Shown here piece after piece: positions 25,348 through 36,354 of a stretch of 64,000 bases of DNA. The position numbers and the translations under genes are program-made. Where the stretch lies: NCBI GenBank assembly GCA_036172245.1, contig JAYWIR010000004.1, positions 1,116,001 through 1,180,000 of the forward strand. Direction: 5' to 3'. How positions within the stretch are numbered: position 1 is the stretch's first letter; each line of letters begins with the position of its first letter. The stretch is from Raillietiella orientalis. Taxonomy: Eukaryota. Under the pieces are notes generated by a model that searched no databases, was not told the DNA's origin, and was given only the letters and a program-made list of their open reading frames with translations.

Positions 25348-27255
25348 TTTAGCACCTACTTTGAGTTGGTGCTGAGAGCGTATAGGGTGACTTTAGCCCC
25401 CTTGCCGAGCTCGTGCCCCGGCACGCCCGCCGTTGCAGCCTATGCCGACGATCTTCTGCTCCTGTTACCTATGTCCACCCCGGCGAAGGCGGTCGGAGAT
25501 TTCTTAGACCTGCTCAGCCGCGGGACCGGACTGCAGGTGAACATGGCGAAGTCGTCGGTGGTGCCAGTTGGTGCAGCGTGGGCAAGGCAGCAGGACTGGG
25601 TCCGTTCTGGGATCCCCACAGCCAGGTGCTTCAAGTACCTTGGTGTGCCGTTGGGGGACTATTCCCCTGCGGAAGCGTGGTCCAGCTGCCTCCAAAAGGT
25701 TGAGACGGCAATCGGCCCGTTCCTGGCCGCGGTTTGGAACGCATTTGCGGCCCCCATCCTCCGCCCTTTGATTTTTGTGTGCCCCGCCTCCAGAGAATGC
25801 AAAAACAGGAGAAAGGACCTCCTACGTATCGCCCTTTGTGGCAAGGGGAGGCCCCGAGTCCCTCTGAAGGACTTGTGCGCTCCGCGTCGGGACGGCGGTC
25901 TTGGCCTCCTGACGCTGAAGCGCGTGGAAATCCAGCTGCGATGGCGCACCCTCGCCATCGCAGCGAAGATGTGGAGCACCCCTTGGTTCATTCCGGCTCG
26001 CCTCCTTGCCAGTCGTGTGCCCCGATGCGAAGGACTCGCGTCTTTTCTTCTGTGCTCCGGCCGGAAGATCCGAAGATGCGGCCTACTGCTCGGGCTCATG
26101 GCAATCCTGGAGAAGGAGAACAGCTGGATGATTTGAAGCTCCGCCAACTCCTCCGCCTGGCTGAAGGAGACTGCTGGCACCTGGGCTAAGCTACACCAGA
26201 GAAGTGAAGACCTCATGAATTGCCTTCGTGTCGGCCCATACGCCCGCCGCACCCTGCGGGAAATACTTGAATTTCCCGCGGGTTGCACGTGGGCAGAGAC
26301 GACCCTCCTTGCTACGGCGATGCCCTACCTCCGGAGGGCGCTTAGCGGCAGCCAGAAGCCGAGGTGGCAAGTCTCCTGCCGAATCGCAGGCAGGGACAAG
26401 ATGTTAAGCGGCTGGACCACAGGAGAACTGGCGGACGCCACTACACCGAGCGTCCAGCCGAGAGCACTTTTGCGATGGGGCGAGCTGCTCGCCATCCCCA
26501 TGGATGTGCTGAAGTGGCCCCCGGTGTTGTTTGAATCAAGGATCCTGTCCCTTAAGTGGCAAGAATCGGCGCTGCTACTGTTGCATTGGGGTTTACCCTG
26601 CAACGCACGCCGCTTCCACTGGACAAGGGGAGCGGTGGATCCTCATTGTGCCAGGTGCGGAGAGCGGGAATCGCTGTCCCACCTACTTGTTGACTGTGCT
26701 GCCCTCCGTCCCCTCTTGGAATGGTTCGGGACGACCCTCGGTCTCCCTGTGGGCAGCCAACCCAGCGACGTTCTCCGTCTTCTCTTCGTTCGGGACGCCC
26801 TTCAGCCAGCTGCAGCCGTGGCAGCACTCTGCTGTATTCGAGGCATCGTGGCGGCCTGGAGCGATACCAGCGAGGAGATGGTGGATTCAAACGCGATGGC
26901 TGTCATCCCATATGCTGTTCGCTTCCTGCGGAGAGCTATTGGATGGCCCCAGCTGGGAAGACTGAAGACGGACCTCGAGGGTATCCTGATAAGGATGGAC
27001 CCTCCTCAAAGTGGACCGTGATCCCTTCCCTTCCCTCCAATAACTCTTTTTTTTTTTTTTTTCTTTGTTTTCTGGTTTATTTTTCTTTTTGTTTTTCCGC
27101 CCATCCCCTTCCACTGCCGAGGAGAGTCACACCGGGCTGCGTCCCGGTGTCCGGGCAGGTCCGGCATTAAGTGGCCGTTAGTGGGGCCTTGTACCACATA
27201 CTGTAATGACGAGTGAAACGTTTTTTTTAATAAACGTCCCGGAGTACCCGGGTGG
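25348..27255 (+). mobile_element. 5'-truncated L1/Tx1-like element B (RT C-terminal half, zf-RVT, structured 3' tail)
   Basis: YADDLLLLLPM, FKYLGVPLG and CARCGERESLSHLLVDC. Collinear with element A from about 20908. The tail is aataaacgtcccggagtacccgggtgg. Confidence 0.9.
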
Positions 27256-27311
27256 CATCCCCGAGCAGTTTCGGGCACCATCATGTCACGGAATAAGCAG
27301 AGAGCTGGTTT

Positions 27312-27560
27312 GGCACCCGGTTTCTCCGGGGAGTTTATTTATATAAAAAATAAACATATAGGTCGTGCAGAGGAGAGCTGAGCGGACGTCGCAGCAGGCG
27401 ACATTCTTTTCTGGGTGAGCTGTGTCCATGGAGTTCTTCGGGATACGCAGGATTGTGGGAAGGAGTGCCCACACACTCCGGAGACCTGCGCCCCACCTTA
27501 CTAACAGGTGCAGGAAGGACTCCGCTCCCCATACACCATGGGAATTTGGGAGCACACTTT
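27312..27560 (-). mobile_element. Antisense LINE 3' fragment lying tail-to-tail with element B
   Basis: The minus strand carries a gtcgc-ctgct-gcgac hairpin, then aataaactccccggagaaaccgggtgcc. Confidence 0.6.
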
Positions 27561-27574
27561 TCCTAGTCCAGTGA

Positions 27575-27718
27575 CGTCAGTTTTATCCCGCTCCTCCTCA
27601 GTAGTTCGAGTTGGTGCTGAATAGGTTTCGGAAAACTCTGGTTTCCCTTCCGTTAGCCTGCCTCTGTGAGGTGGACATGTTGACCTACGTGGACGACCTT
27701 CTTCTCCTGCTACTCATG
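27575..27718 (+). mobile_element. Short RT fragment of the same LINE family
   Basis: Encodes FELVL...TYVDDLLLLLLM, homologous to 20905-21032. Confidence 0.7.
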
Positions 27719-28599
27719 CTGGTGTTAGAGGGTCCATGACTGTGGTCTCTGAAAGCGGCACTAAGAGTTGCCGGTTCGAATCCACCCTTGAAGGATCGAC
27801 GTCGATAAACGGGTACGTCGTTGGTTTGAGTTCCTCCTTCAAGATGACACTGGTCGGCTTTTATTCATTCGGATGCTGCACTGGTAGCGGTTAAAAGCGG
27901 ATGAACTGATGAATAGCCAGGAGTGGGAGTCGACCTCCGGGTCCTTCCAGGAAAAAGAATCAACGAGTGAGAGTTCCTTCCTGTTGTGCAAAGGATCGAA
28001 CCCACGAAGTCCGTTTTCTACCATGGAGTAGGTGTGTTACCTCTCCAGAGTGCAAGGAAGTGTGCCGCTCCCTCCAGGGAGCCCCCTTCGGAATTTCGGA
28101 AGCATGCCTTCGGGTTCTCTTCAGAGGAGGAGTAAACAGGAGCGGTTCCCTTGCGGATTCCCCCCAAAAAAGAAAAATGAAGGGGAACCCTCCGGGAGTC
28201 CTTCCGAAGAGAACAAGGAAGGAGACTCCCTTCGGATTTCCCCTCGGAGACAACCAGGGTGGTGGAGGTTCCCTTCGGGGATTTCTCCCCAGGAGTGAGA
28301 GGAACGGACTCCCTTCTCCAGAGCGCTTCCTGGATTCATAGGTTGGTCCCTTCCGGGGGCAGCCCCTATCATGAAGAATTCCACGCACTTACGGGTGGCG
28401 TGGAACAGCTGTGTGATCCGCCATGCGCGCGACGACTCTTGAGGTACTCAGAGAACCAATAAACAAGAAAACTCCCACCCAGCCCTCCCCAAAAAAGCTG
28501 TAAAGGAAGCAGCGAAGCCACAAAAGATCCCCAAACAATTTCCATTATCCTAGGCCAGTAGTAACGATCTCCTCGTGGAGTCACTACTGGCCTTTTTTT
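27718..28599 (+). mobile_element. tRNA-headed hairpin-rich SINE, copy 1
   Basis: B box ggttcgaatcc at about 27773. The body is homologous to 45615-46508. It ends in the stem aggccagtagt...actactggcct followed by a T run. The 5' boundary is approximate. Confidence 0.75.
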
Positions 28600-28639
28600 A
28601 GGTTGGTTTCTCTGGGATTTCTTCTTTTTGGCAACAAGC

Positions 28640-29860
28640 GAACCCTCGCGTCGCCACCTCCCTCGCTTCAGCTCCTTCCTCTCTTTGGAAGAGAAGCGAC
28701 GGTTGTCATTCGTGGAAATTCTGCCGCCCAACTTTAATGCTTGGCAGAGGGAGACTGTTGAATCCTGGGCTGCAGTACAGGGAATGCGCCCTCAAGATCT
28801 TCACTTCCTGAGACATCTATTGCCATGACCACTGGAAGTGGTGATATAGGACGCGGCGAGGCATTCTGCTCCGACCGCCACCCCCCTTGCGGCAGCTCTG
28901 TATGCTCTCAAGGAAAGAGAAGACAGTAGCCTACTGGGGAGGTGGAAGCGTTCCTGCACTATCGTGGGAACTCCAAAACTCTTGGGTGGCTGGAAGGCGC
29001 GCGAGTAGGCAGATGCAGCCACTCCACAAACAGCTGCTGCGGGACTTCTTCGGTGGTGCGAACTGTCGAGTGTTGCTCCCAAAGAACTAATGGTCTCCTC
29101 AAACTGCGTGAACGCATCATTGTTTTCACTGAGTTGGAAACAGGACGTGCTGCTCTTTGTGCACTAGGGATTCCAGTACAACGAGCGGTGGCACCGAGTT
29201 TCCGGAGGGTTTGCTTCCCCTAACTGTGCCAGTTCCCCCTACTTATGGAATGCGGTGCCCTCCAAAGGCTGTCTGGCCGGCAGCAGCATTCCTGCACCAG
29301 GAGGACACCGCTCGAGATGTGCTGCGAAAGTTCTTCGCACCGAAGGACTCATGACTGGCGCGGTGATGGCAACCACGGGTTGCATTCGCGCCATTGTCAC
29401 AGCCCGAAATGTGCTGCAGGCTACCGCGAAAGGATGTCACCACCATGGCAGCCGTCTATCAGCGCGACTGCAAGGAGGCATCACTTGGACGAAGAGACAA
29501 AGGCGATCACCGGCATAGAGCGCCGATTTGAGAATGGTTAGGAACGTTCGAGTCCGGGGTCCCTGGTCCGTTGCCCTTCTTTCTTCCTTTATTTTTTTCA
29601 TTCCCTATCCCTGTTCGTTTCGCAATTTTTCCCGGTGTTTTTTTTTTTCCTTTGCATCCCAGTGCGTGCGGTGCGAATCCAATGATCCCTGCCCCATCCC
29701 ACCCAATCATATTTATTTTGGTTGCCCTCTTGTCCCTCCTCCGTTCCGAACTTTCCGTTTTTCCGGTCTGCGTGCCAATAGACCCTCTTCTTTATTTCTT
29801 GTAGTCTTCGGTTATGAACTTTGTTCCCATTTTACAAAAAAATAAATGCCCCGGCGTGAT
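28640..29860 (+). mobile_element. Decayed LINE 3' portion, same subfamily as the 18297-19183 insert
   Basis: FLHQEDTARDVLRKFFAP matches LLHQGDTARDLMRRFFTP. The 3' UTR is similar and ends aataaatgccccggcgtga. Confidence 0.75.
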
Positions 29861-29863
29861 TAG

Positions 29864-32800
29864 GTGAAAAATTTCAATCTCCGCCTGCTATCGGGTGCGC
29901 CGAACGGACAGCACAACCTGGTGAACGAGGCGTGGACGTTCGTGCATGCGCGCAACTTGTTAGCTGTAGAGACCGGGATAGAGGACAGCATCGACCACGT
30001 CTTCCTCGAAAACCATATGTACGCAGGTGGGAAGATGATGCTGGGTGCAGTCGAAGCTGTCGGACCATCCAGGTTGGATCTGGAAATTCGGCCACACGAC
30101 AGGAATCCCTCGAATAATGCGTGGAGTCTACCAAAGGACTGGTTTAGCCTCCCGAGAGCTGCGGAGCATCTCCGCGAGTTCTTGTGAGACTTCGTTCTTC
30201 CAGCGTTCGGAATCTAGATTCTCAACCGGGTGCGCCGGGGTGTTTATTTTCTCGAAGAAAAATTTTACATCTCGAATCTGTGGCTGGACCAGTAATACAG
30301 CCACGCGCTAGATGTGCAAAACCTGCCAGGTCACCGGTTCGCAGACCGGTGTGGTTCACCGCAGCTGCAAAGGGGAGGGGTCACAAACAATAAGAAAAAT
30401 GAAAATGAAAAATAAATAAAAGAACTGGGGAGGGCATGAGAAGGGATCACAGCCTGCTGGGAGGGTCCGGTCACATCCTCTGGAGGATGCCGGCAAGCTC
30501 TTTCTGTATGTTGACTTCCAGGTGGGGCCATCGCGTCGCTATCTTCAGGAAGCGGACGGCATATTCGCTGCCATCCCTATCGCTGGGTCCTCCTGTCGCG
30601 TTGCCACATGCAGCGACGATCCCACGTAGACAGCACAAGGCTGCAAGGGAGGCCGCTGTCCGAAGCGCGTCATGAACAAAGAGGGGTGAGGGATCTCGAG
30701 GACTGGGACCTGTTGAAACGCTCAGTCCGCGAGTTCTGCGAACAGTTCCCGATGCACCGTCTTCCCGCAGGATTCGGAGAAGGCGTGAGGAACGAGAGAT
30801 CGTACCTCTACGCCATTCACTTCTCCTCCGTCTGGAGACTAGGGGAACATCGAGAGGGGGTCAGGCGTCAAGCCTGGCAGTTGGGGTTGGCCATCCTGCT
30901 CGATGATCAGGGCCAGGAACATCCGGATAAGTAAGACGCATCGTGAGCAGATTTTACTTCTCCCTGTACGCAAAGGCACCCTACGAGCAGCAAAGCTGCG
31001 GAGCGTCTGCTTCCCGATGGGGTGCCTGCGTTAGGGGAGGAGCAACGGAACAGCCTCGAAGAGGAACAGCCTTTACTATGACGAAGATCATTGCCATCTG
31101 AAAGCTCAGGAGACGCAAAGCACCAGGAGAGGACGGCCTGCCCGCGGAGCTTCACTAATGCTTCGCAGCAGAACTGGTCTTCTTTGTACAAACTGCATGC
31201 TGACCCGCAAACGAGATATTCCCGACTCGTTTCGATTAGCTAGAGTACTTCCCCTCCTCAAGGAAGAAGACCTTCGCAGAATTGGCAACTGGCATCTTAT
31301 CACAGTGGTGAATGCGAATCAGAAGCAGCTTGCCAAACTGTAGGCAGAGCAACTGGTCGGGTGGACGGGTGACCGAATCCGTGAACAGTCTGGAGCAGAC
31401 GTTCGCTATTCAGGGACGATTCATGGGGGTTCACCTGTTCTTTGCGAGCACATGGTGGCAGTTGCAAACAAGGGTTGCGTCGGCGGGTCACGAGAATCCA
31501 GGATTCTCCTCCTGCCGGAGATGGGAAGGTCACGAAAGTACACCTGGAGCCCTTGAAGTCGCGATCGATTTGCATAAAGCTTTCGACTGCATCGACCAGG
31601 AACTTCCTCTGGAGGGATCTCCTGGAACTCATAGGATTCCCGGCCGTATTCCTGGTCTATCTGCACTCCTGCCGGCTCAATGCAATAATTAACATCTTTT
31701 TTAACGGTTGACTCGCGTATGGCGTGCCCGTTCGCCGCGGCGTAAAGCAGGGCGACGGCTTGAGCCCCCTGCTCTTCAGCATCTACTTCGAGTTGGTGCA
31801 TACAGGGAGACTCTGGTAACCCAGCATAGCCCATGTCCGGGAACGCCTGTCGTGTCGGCTTATGTTGACGATTTGCTGCTGCTTCTCCCCATGTGCACTC
31901 CGGCATGAGCGATCGGAGTTTGCTTTGAGTTGCTTAGCCTCAGGATAGGACTGCAGGTGAGCAGGGCGAAGTGCCAACTGATCGGACAGAATCCACTTGG
32001 CGAACCTCACGAGCGAGTACATCATGCACCTTGGTGTTCCCTGGAGGAATTTCTACGTAGCGGAAGCCTTGTCCAGCCGTCTTCAGAAAGTGGAAATGGC
32101 GCTTGGTCCGTTCCAAAACGGGAGGTTCTACTTCCTGGAACAAGCCACGGTGTGGAACGCGTTCGCGACCTTCCTTCTCCTCCCCTTGATTTTGTTTGCC
32201 CTGTTTCTGTGGCCATTCAAAGAAGGACCGACGACCTCCTCAGAAAATCCCTGTAGGGCAAATGGAGGTTCAGAGTCCGTTTAAAAGACCTCTGTGCTCC
32301 TCGTAGGGATGGTGGACTGGGTCTCCTTACTCTGGAGCGGATGGAGCGACAGCTCCGATTCCGCAGACTCGCCCTCGCATCCAAGCTCTGGACTGCACTT
32401 GGTGCTCACCGGCAAGAATCCTCGCCAAACAGCAAGCCAGCTCCTAAGGACCGACCTCGGTCGTCGTGGCCACCGAGAGGAGTCTGGGCCACTCGGTCCC
32501 CAGCTCCGAAACATGGTTGCCTTCGTGCAAAAGTACCCCTAGATCTCCGTCCTCCCCGCGAACTGTACTGTCTAGCTGCAGGAATCAGTTTCCTCTTGGG
32601 TAGAAATCAACAGCACGGGAGAAGCAGAGTAGATCTGCCTTAGGAACAGCAGATGTGATCGTCAGTCGTTATAGGAGATCCTGGGAAACACCAGGAATCT
32701 GCTTTGGGCGTCGTTTCAGTTGTTCCGGTACCCTTTTCCCAGTGCTGCCCTCCCTTAGAGGACAGCCATATTCCATCGAGGTGGGAAGTAACATATCAAA

Positions 32801-33590
32801 TACAAAACAAGAACAACAGAGTGCATGGACAACTCGGTAGCTGACGGACACTGCCACACTGAGGGTCCCACCCGAAGGACTGCTACGCTAGGGAGAGCTA
32901 CTACAAATTCCTCCGAATGAGGTACAGTGCCGCCAGCGTGCTACCCTCCCCTTAAAGTAACAGGATTCGGAGATCCTGCTGCTGCATTGGGGCCTCCCTT
33001 GCAACGTCTGTCGACACAACTAGACCCGGGGGAGGGCGAGCCCGAACTGCGGCAGGTGCAGAGAGCGAGAGGCGCTCTCTCACCTGCTCATGGATTGTGT
33101 CGCCCTCCGTCCCATGTGGGAATTCTTTTCCGCGTCCTTGTGGACCTCCAAGCACAACTCCAGAGAAGTTTTAAAGCGCCTCTTGCTGCGCGACGCCCTC
33201 ATGCCGGCCGCATCAGCAGCCCTTTGCTGCCTACGCGGGATCGTGGCTGCACGGAGTAACGCCAGAGGTCAGAACGACAGGGACGCCATCTATTTTTCTG
33301 TCCTTTTCGTGAGGATAGCGTGAAGATGCCTTCATCTGGGAATCTTGAAACAGGAACTTGCCAACATCCTTACAAGGATGCAGAAGACGCCCTCCAGTAA
33401 ACAGCGATTCCCTCTCGAACCCTCCAAAGTTCTCGTCTGTTTTCTTTTTTGTTTTATTTGTATTTTTGTTTACCTTCCTTTTCCTTTTTCTTCTGAGACG
33501 GACCTCGCCGGTCTACTTGCCGGTTCTCAACAGGTCCTTTTTCTATATCTATGTAACGTATGTTAATTTTTCTATAAATACAGCCTCGTC
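29864..33590 (+). mobile_element. Heavily decayed L1/Tx1-like element C (end of APE, RT, zf-RVT)
   Basis: FNLRLLSG, IDHVFL, AAEHLREFL, LEDWD, IDLHKAFD, KQGDGLSPLLF, YVDDLLLLLPM and HLLMDC are collinear with element A. Many stops and frameshifts. Confidence 0.85.
30220..30690 (-). mobile_element. Antisense LINE 3' fragment nested in element C
   Basis: The host frame AAEHLREFL...DLEDWD is split here. The minus strand encodes the C-terminal ALCCLRGIVAA segment, then an accggt-ctgcga-accggt hairpin and aataaacaccccggcgcacccggttg. No clear TSD. Confidence 0.75.
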
Positions 33591-36354
33591 AAAATCGTGT
33601 GTCAACCAGGACGGCGGGAGTCTCGATGTACACGGCGACCTTCGTTCGGTGGTCCACGCTCCCGCGTACAGCACGCGAGTCGGAGGAAGCGGCGGCGCCA
33701 CGCACGCACCCAGCCACAAGCTCCGTGACGCGATGACATCCACATCCGCCTGCTACGAGACGACCGTCGGCACAGAGGCAGCGGCTGACACAACAGGAAC
33801 CAGGGGGTCGCACGCGGATGGGCGGTGGACAGCCTACTGGCTAGCGAACACGGGGTGCGTGATTCCGCCAAACGAACACGCGGATGGGCGGAACATCTGG
33901 AAAGCGATCGGCTGCGTCCTACGGCCAAACAAGGCCGAGAGGGGTAACTCCGCCTCCGGGGAAAGGCGAATCCGCTCCGCAACTCCCTCCGTGGCACTGC
34001 CATCGCAGCTACCTCCATGGTCACGTCCACCGCGCCCAGCGCTGCTTGCCTCGAAGCAACGACGTGGCATCTGCTGTCCCCCTTGGCAACCGAGGTGCGA
34101 GGAGGCAGTCGGAAGGCGCGCTTTCTCCTCCGGGAGCTGCCAGTCGTGCCACTCTGAGTACAAGCCACGCTGGACTGCAGTGCGTTCAGCAGCGACGCAG
34201 ACTCAGCACAGGAGGTCGCCTACGGGGAAGCAAACAACGAACTCCGCTGCAGCACACGCCCAGGAGACTGGGCAGCTTCTCCCAAGACAACTGGTGGCCC
34301 CTCCGAGCACACCCTCAGAACCAGCCGACCACGGCGTACGCAAGCGCCAGCCGACGAGAACTGGCACGCCCGGCGCCCAGATCGCAACAGCCTCCGAAGA
34401 GCGCGCTTACCAACAACATGCAAATGATCCTTCCTGCTTATGTCAAGGGCCATAAAGCACAAGACTTTTGACGTCAATGTAGGCTGGTCACGGGATCAGA
34501 CCGTGATGAGAACTTCCATGGGAACCCCGCATTGCTACAAAATACTTTTCCGAGGAGCACTGAGAACGGTATCGTCGGAAGACATTCCCTGCTGACACCG
34601 CGAGATTCCGTTCCGGGGTCCCCACTTTCCGCAGTCCTTACAAAGACTCCTGTGGATCCCCGTGGCAGCATTGCGCATCCACGTTCTCGTCCGAAACGGA
34701 AAAAGCGCCGGCTGCCCTCAGCAGACGAGTAGGGAGACGGCGCTCTCACGGACGCGCTCTTCCGGCCGCACGCAAACCTCCCCGCGCTTTGCAGAGGACT
34801 CTTGAGACGATCTGCGACGGTGCTGCCACTGCTAATTACCCATTCAATGCCGAGTGCGAGTCGCAACACACAACGCTGCTAACGATACAGAAATTCATGA
34901 GTGCCCTCAGAGCACGTAATTGACTTTGGGATCCGCTCTGCGGGTCAGGTGTGCAGCACGCGTTAAAGGAGCGCGCGGCTTGAAACAAGACCGTGCTGCC
35001 TTCGGTGCCAACGAGAAGGAACGATGGGACTATCGCATGTTCTCTGGCTGGTGAGTGCTCCTTCCTGTCCCCCAGGGTGGCGGAGGACCCCGCTCTGCAC
35101 GCAAAGATCGCAGTTCCTCACAGACAGAAGAGGGAAGGTGCGGCTGCAGGGGAATCTTTTTGTCTTGCAGATCACCGCCTTGCTGCCCGCCCAGCACATG
35201 CATGCGGCAGCTCTTGCCCGGACGGCGACGGGGGGATGGAAAAGCCGTTTCGAGGTGAGCATGCCTGCGCGACCTCCTCACCACGTTTCGCCCCCAAGCG
35301 GAATGCCGCTTCCCCTTCAATCAAAAAAAATTCTCCTCCCATGGGCAACTCCGAACTTCGTTTTCCCGCACCTCACTCGGACGAACTCCTCGCCCTCCCG
35401 TGGCCACTAGCAAGGAGGACGAGTTCCCGACGCGAACGGAGGATGTACTCCTCTTGGTCTTCCTTTCGGTTGGGAAAACGGCGGATGCGCGCCTCAGAGA
35501 CCGCCCAGCAACGCCTCACCATGTCCAGTGCCAAGCAGGCCCATGGGGACCGGCACGAGAAAGTCTGGAGGGCCCCTCGTTCCGCGGATCACAAGTCCAC
35601 ACGTTGCCCCCTCCGTATGGGGCTTTGAGCAAAAATTCCTGCGAGCGGCCCTCAACAGCCTTCCTATGGTGCCCTCCTCTCCCCCCGCTCACCCCACACC
35701 GGGATTCCGTTTGTTCGATCGCAACAGCGGCAATGGAAAGCAGCAGCGAAGAGCTTCCTGCCTCCGATGCCGCGCTTCCGCTTTCCCCGTCTTCCTCAGA
35801 CCGGCGACTTCCTCGCTGCAGCGCTCATCCCCGAGCATTGCAACCGGCTCACCGATCAGTCCTCCCCCTTTCCAGAAGCCATTGCGCAGCGCAAGCGTAG
35901 GTGGACTTTGCGAGTCTTTGCGCTAAAGACGCCGGGCGCTGACCACGGATCTGCACCGCGAGGAACAGCAACCTTCGAGCGCTCCCGACGCCGCAAGTGT
36001 CCAACGGACTGAGAAGTCTCCGTGAGGAATCCTCATCACGTTTTCTACAAGGCAACTCGTCTGCCAAGACCCGTACTCACGTGTGATACGGTTGCACGTG
36101 CCATGTGAGCGCACCTCCGTGAGCGCATCCCAGCGTTACTTGCTAGGGACGCAATCCAATCTGTCTCGTGGGACGCGCCTTTTCCGTAACCCCTCGATTT
36201 TCCCCGCACCCGATGCTGCTCTCCGAACCTTTGAGCGGACCGAAGCCGAAGGATGACGCGATGCACTCGACGACATCCTTCTGCGACCGTCTCCGTGTCC
36301 ACGATCTTCAGCTTCCGTCCCGACGCACTCTCAGAGCGCCCGTTTCCGTTTCAG

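Noticed and set aside
27895..27960. Hammerhead ribozyme (CTGATGA...GAAA) in the SINE
   Set aside because: Stems I-III cannot be built around the core, and the motif is not conserved in copy 2 (ccgatga).
28080..28290. CRISPR-like or satellite array of cccttcgg modules
   Set aside because: Spacing is irregular, units are degenerate, the context is eukaryotic, and the modules are part of the SINE body.
33358..34455. 365-aa ORF (similarly 23920-24879)
   Set aside because: It starts in a LINE 3' UTR and crosses a T-rich tract. Composition is low-information and GC-rich, with no motifs.
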